32,000 nucleotides of DNA from Candidatus Heimdallarchaeota archaeon (GCA_030149205.1 JASBSB010000008.1:30001-62000), one strand, 5' to 3'; shown: positions 19,897 through 28,222, counted from the first letter of the stretch. Numbers and translations: made by a program. The notes: generated by a model not told the origin, from the letters alone.

Positions 19897-22616
19897 TTCA
19901 GTTTGGTTATTACGTATATTCCTGCTCCAAAGACTCCAATAATTATGAAGATATTTGAGGTTGTCATAATTGCAGAGATGTCAAAATTGTCATAGTATAT
20001 CGTCTTATAGTTTGACACTGTGGTCACTTGGATAGTTTCGACATTGACTTTCTGTGGAGTTCCTGTAACAATATCTGACCTTTGACTGAGTCCTATTTGA
20101 TTCTTTGCAATGATGTGATAAGAATAAGAAACATTATTTTTAACATTATAGTCAATAAAATAAAATTCAGTAGTATTAGCATAATTTGTAAATGAGCCAT
20201 TTCCCTCTGCTCGATACACCAGATATAACTGAGCAACAGATTTGTTTGACTGAGGTGGTAACCAACTGAGAACTATAATTTTGTCTCCAGCTAAAATACT
20301 TAATGATTCTGGCTTATCTGGTATTGAAGATGTTAGAACACCTACGTAGGCAGATCGATCCCCTTTCCCAGCTTCATTTACAACCATTATAGAGTAGTAA
20401 TAAGTTTCATCAAAAATTATATCTGAGTCCGTATAGTTTAATTGACTTGTCTTTCCAATTAATATTGGGGGAGAATCTTTTACAAAGGTTCTATAGATTT
20501 CATATGATAAGTTAGAAGACCCTCCAGTATCAACCGAAGATTCCCATTTAATAACGTTCGAAACTCCAGTAAAAACACCTGTTAAGTTAGTAACATTTGA
20601 GGGCAAGCCAATCAACTTGATGTAGGTTACAGGACTAGTTGTTCCGTATCCATTTTTGTTAACAGATATAACATAATAGTAGTAATTTGTTCCTGGTGTC
20701 ACATTTTTATCTAGAAAATAACGAAGTTGGGTAGTTTTTGTCTTTGAGAATGAGGAATTATCAGTAGATCGATAAATATTGTAATGGGTAATTGCCGCTC
20801 CACCATCATCCTTAGGAGCTTTCCAAGTGAGACCAATACTCGAAATATATGATTTTACAGTTAAATTTTGAACTTGCCCAGGGGTCGTTGAAGGAGATCC
20901 GGTAATTTGGAAGGAGTATCCACTCTCTCCAACGCTATTATTTGCAGTTATTTGATAAACATATGTCTGTCCATTCTTTAATCCAGTGTCATTGTACGAA
21001 TTAGTACTTGTAATCTTTACTAAAGAAAATGTGCCACTTTGGGCGTCCATTTTATAAACGGTGTAATTTAGTACTGTATATCCTCTACCATCTGCTGGAT
21101 TCCAAGATATGTAAACAAATGAATCACCCTCTGTTTTTGTCAAGTTTGTGGGTGGAAGAGGAGTATTAGCGATTGTGACCCTTTGCACAGCTGATTTCTT
21201 GCTTTCACCCGCTTGATTTATCGAAGTTATATAATAATAGTAAGTGAATGAATTTAAGACTCCATTATCCAGAAAGCCAGTTTGTGAAGAATTTGTCCCT
21301 ATATTGACGAAATTAACATTATCTGAACTTCTATATATCTTGTACTGTGTAATTGGATACCCTCCATCAGTGACCGGTTTTGTCCATGAAAGATTTGCAG
21401 AATTATCACCATTTATAATTGAAAGAAACCTTGGTTCTGAAGAAACACCAATGGGAGTGACTGAAACAGTCGTTGATTTGAGACTCTCATTATATATGTT
21501 TTCTGATGTTATATAATAATAATAAGTAAACCCATTTAGAACAGGAGTATCTGTGAATGAAGTGGATTGAGTTGTTCCAATCTTAAGAAAAGGTCCACTT
21601 AGATTCATGGATTTATACACATTGTAATGTATAGGAATACCTCCTGTACTCGTTGGTGTTAACCAGTTTATAGTAACCTGTTCAGAGGTGTAGGAGGCAG
21701 ATACACTTCTCGGTTCAGTAATCAAACCCAGAGGTAATGCCACAATAACATTTGAATCTCCACTCTCACCATTGTTATTCACCGCAGTTACCTTGTAGTA
21801 GTAAATTACCCCGGTTGTAACTGTGGTGTCAACATATGAAGTCGAAGTAGAGGTGCCTACCTGAACATAGGAGGAACCATTGTTATCTGATCTATAAATT
21901 TTGTAGTTAATTAGAGGAGAACCTCCATCTCCTGCTGGCGGTGTCCAAGAGAGTGATACACTAGTCTCTGTGACTGATTTAGTTAATGTCGAAGGCGCTG
22001 CAGGTGGTCCTATAAAGACATATCCCCCACTTACCTTGCCAGCTATGGTATGTTCTATGCTGATATCGTCACTACTTGCATGTAATGCCCAAACCATTGT
22101 AACTAGTTTACCAGGAATGAGTACTTTGTCTGCTACAGAATCACCTGTATTTAGATTCCTTGAAAATTCTAGAATTGTTCGGGTACTAGATTCACTAGCT
22201 GCAAAAAGGTTTATGTTTTGAATACCGTCTGGTGGAGGGACTACTTTACCTATTCCAAATGCATCAAAAATGTAGGCTTGATTTAATGTGGCATCAAACC
22301 CTCCAGTAATCATATCATATCCTGACATTGCACCAGTACCCTCATATCCAACAGATATCCATCCTTTTGCGTCCATTTCCAGAGCCATAAAAATTTCTCC
22401 CCTTATGATATTATAGTACATTTTTACGTAGGGAGAAGTTTTCATGACAAGTGAGTGAGTATATTCATTTGTTCCAATAACACCATCAATAGAAATAGCA
22501 TCGGTTGAAATTTCTGTGGTCGGTTTGAATTCAACCCCAGTTAGCTGTATATTATTCATACCTAGTAGAAGAATGAAAATTATGCCAAAACTTACGAAGA
22601 TAGATTTCTTCATCAT
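19893..22616 (-). CDS. Surface protein: signal peptide + DOMON domain + 7 fibronectin type III repeats + C-terminal TM anchor (paralog of 13936-16698)
   Basis: GAMSGYDMITG (Met codon 22326-22328), EFSRNLNTGD, IEHTIAG (His codon 22050-22052), seven FN3 repeats. Start moved to MMKKS at 22616, just downstream of a TATA box. Confidence 0.9.
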   Translation of the reverse strand: MMKKSIFVSFGIIFILLLGMNNIQLTGVEFKPTTEISTDAISIDGVIGTNEYTHSLVMKTSPYVKMYYNIIRGEIFMALEMDAKGWISVGYEGTGAMSGYDMITGGFDATLNQAYIFDAFGIGKVVPPPDGIQNINLFAASESSTRTILEFSRNLNTGDSVADKVLIPGKLVTMVWALHASSDDISIEHTIAGKVSGGYVFIGPPAAPSTLTKSVTETSVSLSWTPPAGDGGSPLINYKIYRSDNNGSSYVQVGTSTSTSYVDTTVTTGVIYYYKVTAVNNNGESGDSNVIVALPLGLITEPRSVSASYTSEQVTINWLTPTSTGGIPIHYNVYKSMNLSGPFLKIGTTQSTSFTDTPVLNGFTYYYYITSENIYNESLKSTTVSVTPIGVSSEPRFLSIINGDNSANLSWTKPVTDGGYPITQYKIYRSSDNVNFVNIGTNSSQTGFLDNGVLNSFTYYYYITSINQAGESKKSAVQRVTIANTPLPPTNLTKTEGDSFVYISWNPADGRGYTVLNYTVYKMDAQSGTFSLVKITSTNSYNDTGLKNGQTYVYQITANNSVGESGYSFQITGSPSTTPGQVQNLTVKSYISSIGLTWKAPKDDGGAAITHYNIYRSTDNSSFSKTKTTQLRYFLDKNVTPGTNYYYYVISVNKNGYGTTSPVTYIKLIGLPSNVTNLTGVFTGVSNVIKWESSVDTGGSSNLSYEIYRTFVKDSPPILIGKTSQLNYTDSDIIFDETYYYSIMVVNEAGKGDRSAYVGVLTSSIPDKPESLSILAGDKIIVLSWLPPQSNKSVAQLYLVYRAEGNGSFTNYANTTEFYFIDYNVKNNVSYSYHIIAKNQIGLSQRSDIVTGTPQKVNVETIQVTTVSNYKTIYYDNFDISAIMTTSNIFIIIGVFGAGIYVITKLK

Positions 22617-22634
22617 TAGTGAAATTTGATATAG

Positions 22635-22646
22635 TAAGTATATTAA
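22635..22646 (-). promoter_or_regulatory. Putative TATA-containing promoter core (TTAATATACTTA) of the DOMON/FN3 operon
   Basis: Lies 19-30 nt upstream of the start at 22616. An identical 12-mer is at 3032-3043 upstream of the gene starting at 3014. Confidence 0.55.
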
Positions 22647-23013
22647 TATATGCAATAAAACAAGAACTACCCTCATATTGTGCAATAATTTTCTCAACAT
22701 AATACTATGACAAACTTGTGTGCTATTTTTCTGGTTAAAATGGGGATTTTTCCGAAATCAATATAATATGCGTTTTAATAAAACACATAATTAATAAAAA
22801 TTTTCCATTATTAAAACATCAAATTGTCTATTTAAGTGAAGTTTGAAAACTTTGATAGTGTACAACCAGGTAATAAGAAAAAAAATATCCTCTTAATTAG
22901 ACATGAGTAACTTTAAAATATTGAATTCAAATCTATAAATTGAAAATTTATTGATTCTGAATCTTCGATAAGTAGTTATTCAACTAGGAGTAAAGAAAGA
23001 TGAGGTTGAAAAA

Positions 23014-23160
23014 ATGAGTAGTAGACCTAAACCAAAAAAGTTAGATGATGACTTTGATGACGATGACTTCGATGATGATGACTTCGAAGATGAAGATGAT
23101 GAAGATTTCGACGATGACTTCGATGACGATGACTTCGAAGATGAAGATGATGAAGATTAG
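23014..23160 (+). CDS. Unannotated 48-aa hyper-acidic microprotein MSSRPKPKKLDDDFDDDDFDDDDFEDEDDEDFDDDFDDDDFEDEDDED
   Basis: Hand translation: ATG 23014, TAG 23158-23160, SD GAGGT at 23002-23006. Synonymous GAT/GAC and TTT/TTC variation preserves Asp and Phe. Confidence 0.75.
   Translation: MSSRPKPKKLDDDFDDDDFDDDDFEDEDDEDFDDDFDDDDFEDEDDED
23059..23157 (+). repeat. 48-bp direct repeat with 51-bp period (1 mismatch) inside the acidic ORF
   Basis: 23059-23106 versus 23110-23157, differing only at GAT/GAC (23076 vs 23127). Confidence 0.9.
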
Positions 23161-23171
23161 GAGGTGAAAGA

Positions 23172-23267
23172 ATGACAGTTAAGAAAAGCACCAAGAAAAC
23201 AGAATCAAAAGACAGCGGAAAGATGAATGAAAGCAAAAAAGGTAAAGCAAAGAAGGGTAAAAAATAA
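23172..23267 (+). CDS. Unannotated 31-aa Lys-rich microprotein MTVKKSTKKTESKDSGKMNESKKGKAKKGKK
   Basis: Hand translation: GGAGGTGA SD at 23160-23167 overlapping the previous stop, ATG 23172, TAA 23265-23267. Confidence 0.75.
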   Translation: MTVKKSTKKTESKDSGKMNESKKGKAKKGKK

Positions 23268-23281
23268 CCTTTACTGACCCA

Positions 23282-24001
23282 CTAACTTTCAATTAACATC
23301 TGCCTTTTTAGAGCATTATACACTTTAAAGATTAATTTACCAGAAGAAGTTTTATCTCTGGCCTTAAGGGTTTTGCCCTCAACCAATCCTAATTTTCGTA
23401 AGGTCTTAATGTGACTATTTACTGTGGATTGGGTCAAGTTTGTATATTTTGCAATTTCTTTCTCTCCTACCTGAGGTTCTATGAACTCCAAAACCTTAAG
23501 GTGGGGGAGGGTAATTCGGTGACTTTGAGTATTAAAAACCTGAAATTGTTTTTCAAAACCTGGCTTTCGAACCAACTCATAACACTTAAGGGTTTGACCA
23601 GTTATAACCCTATACAACTGAGAAGTCAAATGTACAGCCTGCTGGATCACAAAACGAAGATACCTCTCCCCGTATGTGCAATCAAATACAATCTGCGAAC
23701 CCTCCTTTATATTTGACACAAGATTCAGTGCTATCTCGAATGGTTCTTCCTCTAACTGAACATATGAGCATTGCAAACTCTGAACCGGTATTTCCAATTT
23801 TGAATAATGGGTCGATGTTTCCTCTATGTTAACATTTAATTCTGCTCTGGACTCAGATAAATCTTCATCTGAGACCACTATAACAAGTGAAACATTAGTA
23901 AACTTCAACATCGACATTATTTGTTTAATTAATCCTCGTCCTGTTTTCGAGGAACAGACAAAAATTGTGTCTACTTCTTGTGACAAGAGTGAAGGGTCCA
24001 C
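23282..24001 (-). CDS. CARF-like Rossmann domain + winged-HTH transcriptional regulator (Csa3-like architecture)
   Basis: IVFDCTYGERYL resembles the CARF v.dxTgGxK/R motif. C-terminal EKEIAKYTNLTQSTVNSHIKTLRKLGLV is a wHTH. Confidence 0.65.
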   Translation of the reverse strand: MDPSLLSQEVDTIFVCSSKTGRGLIKQIMSMLKFTNVSLVIVVSDEDLSESRAELNVNIEETSTHYSKLEIPVQSLQCSYVQLEEEPFEIALNLVSNIKEGSQIVFDCTYGERYLRFVIQQAVHLTSQLYRVITGQTLKCYELVRKPGFEKQFQVFNTQSHRITLPHLKVLEFIEPQVGEKEIAKYTNLTQSTVNSHIKTLRKLGLVEGKTLKARDKTSSGKLIFKVYNALKRQMLIES

Positions 24002-24079
24002 ACTTAATCACATGTGATATCCTTTTTATCTCTTCCTTACAATGCTCTGTCTAATATTGAGTTTAATTCATCAAATTTA

Positions 24080-25021
24080 TTATCTTTTTAGTTCTTTAAC
24101 TACCCTGAAGATCTTGTTGGAATCTGTTAACAACGCAAATTGAGTATAATTGTTTAACTCGTCCTGAATATTCTCATCAAGAATCTTCATCTGATAGACA
24201 TTTGCTGCGATTTTACTTCCTATCGCGGCTGAGTGTTTAAGATTTTTGTCCTTGATGAGTCTAACAGATCCAGCGGTATCAAAGGTTTCAACAGTTTTTA
24301 TGTGTGAATGCTTTTGTAAGTATCTCTTGCATTGTTTTAGAGCCTGAGGATGTGAATAAATGGTTTCGATTTCATCAATTGAATTTATGGAGTGGTGAAC
24401 AATCAACATATGGCGCACAAAAAATAACAGTTTCCCAACTACAATGAGATCCAGATCTTGGAGTGCCTCGCTAAATCCAACAACCTTTCCAGCTGTTGTG
24501 TTATTAAAAGGGAGCAAAACACAATCCACTTCATTCTCAACTAGTAGGTTAACAGCGACTGAGAAGCTTTCAGATTTGACAGGTGTTGCATTTGGAAAAT
24601 TTTCAAGAATCGCCAAATGACTAAAGGCACCTAATTCCCCTTGAAACCCAATTTTCAGACGTGATTTACTAGGCAGATACAGATAAAACGGATCCAAGAG
24701 ATTAAACTTGGCATTTGGAACTTCTTGATTTTCTCTCGCAGTCAAAAGTGTCACCTGTGATTCTACTGACTCATGAATTATAAGTTCATACAGACTTCTT
24801 GCCAATCTGGGATTAAGACCTATCTCTTTGGCCTGTTGTTCAACTCTTTCAAAAACTGTAGCTTCTTGTAGGAAATTTTTTATGTTAAGGTTTTTCTTTA
24901 ACTTTACTTCGCCAATCTTACTTACCGCTGTAATTCGTTCTGCAACTAGTTTTAAAATTTGTTGGTCAATCGTCGTGATTTTTTTTCTAAGGTCATCAAT
25001 TTCGTTTGAAAATAAGCACAC
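24080..25021 (-). CDS. pheA: Chorismate mutase / prephenate dehydratase fusion lacking ACT domain
   Basis: AroQ part IDDLRKKITTIDQQILKLVAER; PDT part GFQGELGAFSH, LPFNNTTAG, IYSHPQALKQC, DTAGS, NYTQF. Start uncertain (GTG at 25021 versus ORF caller 25132). Confidence 0.85.
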   Translation of the reverse strand: MCLFSNEIDDLRKKITTIDQQILKLVAERITAVSKIGEVKLKKNLNIKNFLQEATVFERVEQQAKEIGLNPRLARSLYELIIHESVESQVTLLTARENQEVPNAKFNLLDPFYLYLPSKSRLKIGFQGELGAFSHLAILENFPNATPVKSESFSVAVNLLVENEVDCVLLPFNNTTAGKVVGFSEALQDLDLIVVGKLLFFVRHMLIVHHSINSIDEIETIYSHPQALKQCKRYLQKHSHIKTVETFDTAGSVRLIKDKNLKHSAAIGSKIAANVYQMKILDENIQDELNNYTQFALLTDSNKIFRVVKELKR

Positions 25022-25131
25022 CTCAATCTTAACTTTAAGATATGGCTCAAAAGAGTTTCTAGAATCCAGTATGTTGTTGAAACAAAAAAACAAAGATTTT
25101 TGGTTGCAATAAAACTTCGCAAACCAAAGCA

Positions 25132-25139
25132 TTTATATA
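25132..25139 (+). promoter_or_regulatory. Putative TATA box (TTTATATA) for the DUF2892-MarR unit
   Basis: TTTATATA preceded by a purine-rich run and followed immediately by the operator-like array. Confidence 0.5.
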
Positions 25140-25143
25140 TTTA

Positions 25144-25200
25144 ATGTATATACATAACTTGCATACAAATAAAATGTATATGCAAATACGGTATATACAT
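25144..25200. promoter_or_regulatory. Four phased operator-like palindromes (consensus ATGTATATACAT, 15-bp period), probable MarR sites
   Basis: 25144 ATGTATATACAT, 25159 TTGCATACAAAT, 25174 ATGTATATGCAA, 25189 CGGTATATACAT. Confidence 0.7.
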
Positions 25201-25223
25201 ATTTGTGTGAGGTGAAACAAAAA

Positions 25224-25448
25224 ATGGTTACAATAAACGTTGGAACAACTGATAAATATATTAGATACGTATTAGGCGTCATACTTATCGCCTTAGGAAT
25301 TTACTACATCGCTGTAGGATCTACTGTTTTAGGATGGGTTTTGGTGGTTGTCTCATTGATTCCACTGGTTACAGCAGCTTTCTCAACATGTCCAATCTAT
25401 TCCATGTTAGGAATTAGCACATGTTCGGTCAAGAGTAACAAAGCATAA
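25224..25448 (+). CDS. DUF2892 (YgaP-like) small membrane protein
   Basis: NVGTTDKYIRYVLG...CPIYSMLGISTC, with SD GAGGTG at 25209-25214 before ATG 25224. Confidence 0.9.
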   Translation: MVTINVGTTDKYIRYVLGVILIALGIYYIAVGSTVLGWVLVVVSLIPLVTAAFSTCPIYSMLGISTCSVKSNKA

Positions 25449-25472
25449 TTACACAATTCACAGTGATTCAAT

Positions 25473-25958
25473 ATGAGTTCGGTAAACATGTTGGCTCTTG
25501 TTGAGGCTTGCATGTGTACAAATGTTAGAAAATTGTCAAGAATTATCACAAGATTGTACGATAAATATTTGAAACCCTCAGGGATTAATATTAATCAACT
25601 TGGAATATTGCTTACAGTTCAAGGTCTCCAGGATAGTTTAGGAAACTCTCCCACGGTAAGTGAAGTAGCAGATCGAATGGTGATGGAAAGTTCTACTCTT
25701 TCAAGGGCAATAGCAGTTTTAATGCAAAATGAGTTAGTTGAATTGGAAGAAAATGAGCTTAATCGTACTCAAAAACATGTGATTACAACAGAACTTGGAA
25801 AGAAAAAAATTTTAGAAGCTTATTCATACTGGAATGAAATTCAAGAACAGATTCGAGATGATCTAGGCAAGGAAAAGTTTGACAACATGATTTTTCTTCT
25901 AACACAACTAGAAGACCTGATTCGTACCAAAAAGTATGATGAGAACCTTACTTCATAA
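25473..25958 (+). CDS. MarR-family transcriptional regulator with N-terminal CxC
   Basis: CMCTNVRKLSRIITRLYDKYLKPSGININQLGIL, HTH SEVADRMVMESSTLSRAI, ITTELGKK. Confidence 0.9.
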   Translation: MSSVNMLALVEACMCTNVRKLSRIITRLYDKYLKPSGININQLGILLTVQGLQDSLGNSPTVSEVADRMVMESSTLSRAIAVLMQNELVELEENELNRTQKHVITTELGKKKILEAYSYWNEIQEQIRDDLGKEKFDNMIFLLTQLEDLIRTKKYDENLTS

Positions 25959-26107
25959 CCAAGATCAATGAAAACTTATTAACGATTAATATATATCAAT
26001 TAAATTTACAAATCTTCCATCAATTTTTGTTAGAAATCAAATTGAATCTGAACACATAACATTTCCTAAACCTTCTATAATTTAAAAGGGAAAAGTATGT
26101 TTTTAGT

Positions 26108-26896
26108 ATGATAGCAATAGATTTGACTGGGCATACAGCTCTTGTTGGAGGTGGATCAAAGGGATTAGGATTTGCTTCAGCATATAAAATTGCTCAAGCC
26201 GGGGGGGAAGTTATCCTAGTTTCTCGGAATGAGGAAAACCTTAGAAATGCCATAGAGAAATTACCAAAATCCGAGGGTCAATCTCATTCTTACTTGTTAG
26301 CTGACTACTCTAAACCAAGAATGCTTGGGGAAAAATTGGACAGTGTAGATCGAATAGACGAGGTGGATATCTTAGTCAACAACACTGGTGGCCCACCACC
26401 GGGGATGTTGCTGGATAGCACATTAGCAGAGTTGTTAGAGGCTGTTGAAACCCTGCTGTTCTCATCACATGTCGCAACTCAGAGAGTTATTCCAAATATG
26501 AAGAGGAAGGGGTATGGAAGAATCATAAACGTTACTTCCTTAAGTGTAAAAGAACCAGTGCGGAATTTAGGGCTTTCAAATTCAATACGAGCTGCAGTTT
26601 CTAACTGGGCGAAGACTTTAGCTATGGAAATAAACGAGCCTAACATCACAATAAACAACGTACTTCCAGGTTATACCTTGACTGAGCGATTAGAGAGTCT
26701 TTTTGAAAACCAAGCCAAGCAATCTAATCTGACCAGATCAGAAATTGCAAAATCTATAGAAACCCAGATTCCTTTGGGTAGGTTAGGAGAACCAGAAGAA
26801 TTTGCAAATGCAGTGGTTTTTCTGGCATCACCGCTATCAAGTTATATTAATGGTGTTAACCTACCCGTGGATGGTGGCTTTATTAAATCCCTATAA
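26108..26896 (+). CDS. Short-chain dehydrogenase/reductase (FabG-like, atypical active site)
   Basis: GGSKGLG, DILVNNTGGP, NNVLPG, PLGRLGEPEE. The YxxxK position is occupied by SNSIR. Confidence 0.9.
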   Translation: MIAIDLTGHTALVGGGSKGLGFASAYKIAQAGGEVILVSRNEENLRNAIEKLPKSEGQSHSYLLADYSKPRMLGEKLDSVDRIDEVDILVNNTGGPPPGMLLDSTLAELLEAVETLLFSSHVATQRVIPNMKRKGYGRIINVTSLSVKEPVRNLGLSNSIRAAVSNWAKTLAMEINEPNITINNVLPGYTLTERLESLFENQAKQSNLTRSEIAKSIETQIPLGRLGEPEEFANAVVFLASPLSSYINGVNLPVDGGFIKSL

Positions 26897-26923
26897 CTGA
26901 ATAATTTAAACAAGAAGATTAAA

Positions 26924-28222
26924 TTAATCTGCCGGAATGTTGAAACTCTGTTCACGTGTAAATGATAGCTTATTAGACCTTAGAGAAACAATAAGCATAA
27001 TGAGAAAGATTAGACTGATGAGAATAATGGAGAATGAAAAAGGAAGATGGTCTGCAATCCCAAAAAGGTACCCAGCGATAATAGGAGCAAATATTCGAAC
27101 CAAGGATGCAAAACTTTGATTTAAGCCCATTCCAGTTCCTTGGAGTTTCTCGGGAATTGCCTCTGATATGAGTTCGAGTGCAGATGGGTTAAGAAAGGCA
27201 TAACCCATTGAGAGTGGAACAATTACCAAGAAAAGACCTATGTAAATATTAACAACAAAAATCAAGGTAAAGCCAATTAGAAACAATGCTGTCCCCAGAA
27301 GTACTAACATTTCAGAATTCCATTTTTCAGATAACTTTTTGTATAACAGAAACTGAGTTAGAGCCATACCAAAACCATATGCTGAGAAAAGGAACCCTAG
27401 TTGCAGTTCAGAAAGTTTGAGTATTTGTGACCCATAAAGCGAAAATGCGGTGATGAAGTTACTCATACTCATAACTGAAAGGCCAAAGATAAGAATGAAT
27501 GTGACAGCACTTTTTGAGGCAAGAACTTTTTTAAATGAATCCAGGGAAATTGAGACCAATGGGGGTTCAAGTTCAAATTCAATTGGTAGTATTTCGGTTT
27601 CATCAACATCCGTTGTATTATTTAGTCCTTTTTTGGGAACAGATTCAGGGAGATAAAATATAGCTCCAACTAGGTTGAATAATGCCATTGTACTTGCGAA
27701 AAGGGCTGGAACTAAAAAAGCATAATGAGGTGAAATTTTAAACTGAAAGAGCAAACCACCAATAGCAGGACCAGCAGTTATACCAACACCCAATGAGGCA
27801 TTAAGAACCCCAAAGTTGCTTCCTCTGTGTTCAGCAGTAGTAATATCAGCCACATATGCATTTGCTGTGCTCAGGGTGGCCGAAGTAGCTATACCAGTTA
27901 TCGCTCTTGAAACATAAAGAAGTGGGAGAGAATCAACAAAACCGAAAATTAAAAAACCGATAAGAGTTCCGGTCAATCCAGAAAGTATGATAGGCTTTCG
28001 ACCTATCCTATCCGAAAGCGCCCCCCACAAAGGTGCAAAAATGAATTGAAAAAAAGCATAAATTGAGATTACCAATCCATATTGTATCGGTGTTGCGTGT
28101 AATGAATCAGTCAGATAGGGTAAAAGTGGGAAAATTATGCCAAAGCTTGCATTATCAATAAACAATGAAAATGCTAGAATATAGAGCTGTTTGTTTATTG
28201 ATTCATCCGTTTTTGCTGTCAA
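26924..28222 (-). CDS. MFS transporter (DHA1/TetA-like efflux)
   Basis: GALSDRIGRKPIIL motif A, SRAITG, GPAIGG, 12 TM pattern. Confidence 0.92.
   Translation of the reverse strand: MTAKTDESINKQLYILAFSLFIDNASFGIIFPLLPYLTDSLHATPIQYGLVISIYAFFQFIFAPLWGALSDRIGRKPIILSGLTGTLIGFLIFGFVDSLPLLYVSRAITGIATSATLSTANAYVADITTAEHRGSNFGVLNASLGVGITAGPAIGGLLFQFKISPHYAFLVPALFASTMALFNLVGAIFYLPESVPKKGLNNTTDVDETEILPIEFELEPPLVSISLDSFKKVLASKSAVTFILIFGLSVMSMSNFITAFSLYGSQILKLSELQLGFLFSAYGFGMALTQFLLYKKLSEKWNSEMLVLLGTALFLIGFTLIFVVNIYIGLFLVIVPLSMGYAFLNPSALELISEAIPEKLQGTGMGLNQSFASLVRIFAPIIAGYLFGIADHLPFSFSIILISLIFLIMLIVSLRSNKLSFTREQSFNIPAD

Noticed and set aside
22617-22700. N-terminal extension of the second FN3 gene given by the ORF track
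   Set aside because: It runs through the TATA element. MMKKS at 22616 gives a normal signal peptide.
23059-23157. Repeat as a possible mini CRISPR array
   Set aside because: Only two adjacent copies with a 3-nt gap, triplet-periodic and in frame. No spacers or cas genes.
23027-23236. Minus-strand 69-aa His/Arg-rich ORF (HLHLRSHRHRSH...)
   Set aside because: It is the antisense shadow of the GAT/GAC/GAA codons of the acidic peptide. The plus-strand ORFs have SD sites and ATG starts; this one has neither.
25022-25132. N-terminal extension of pheA (MLWFAKFYC...)
   Set aside because: No similarity to chorismate mutase and it runs into the divergent promoter region.
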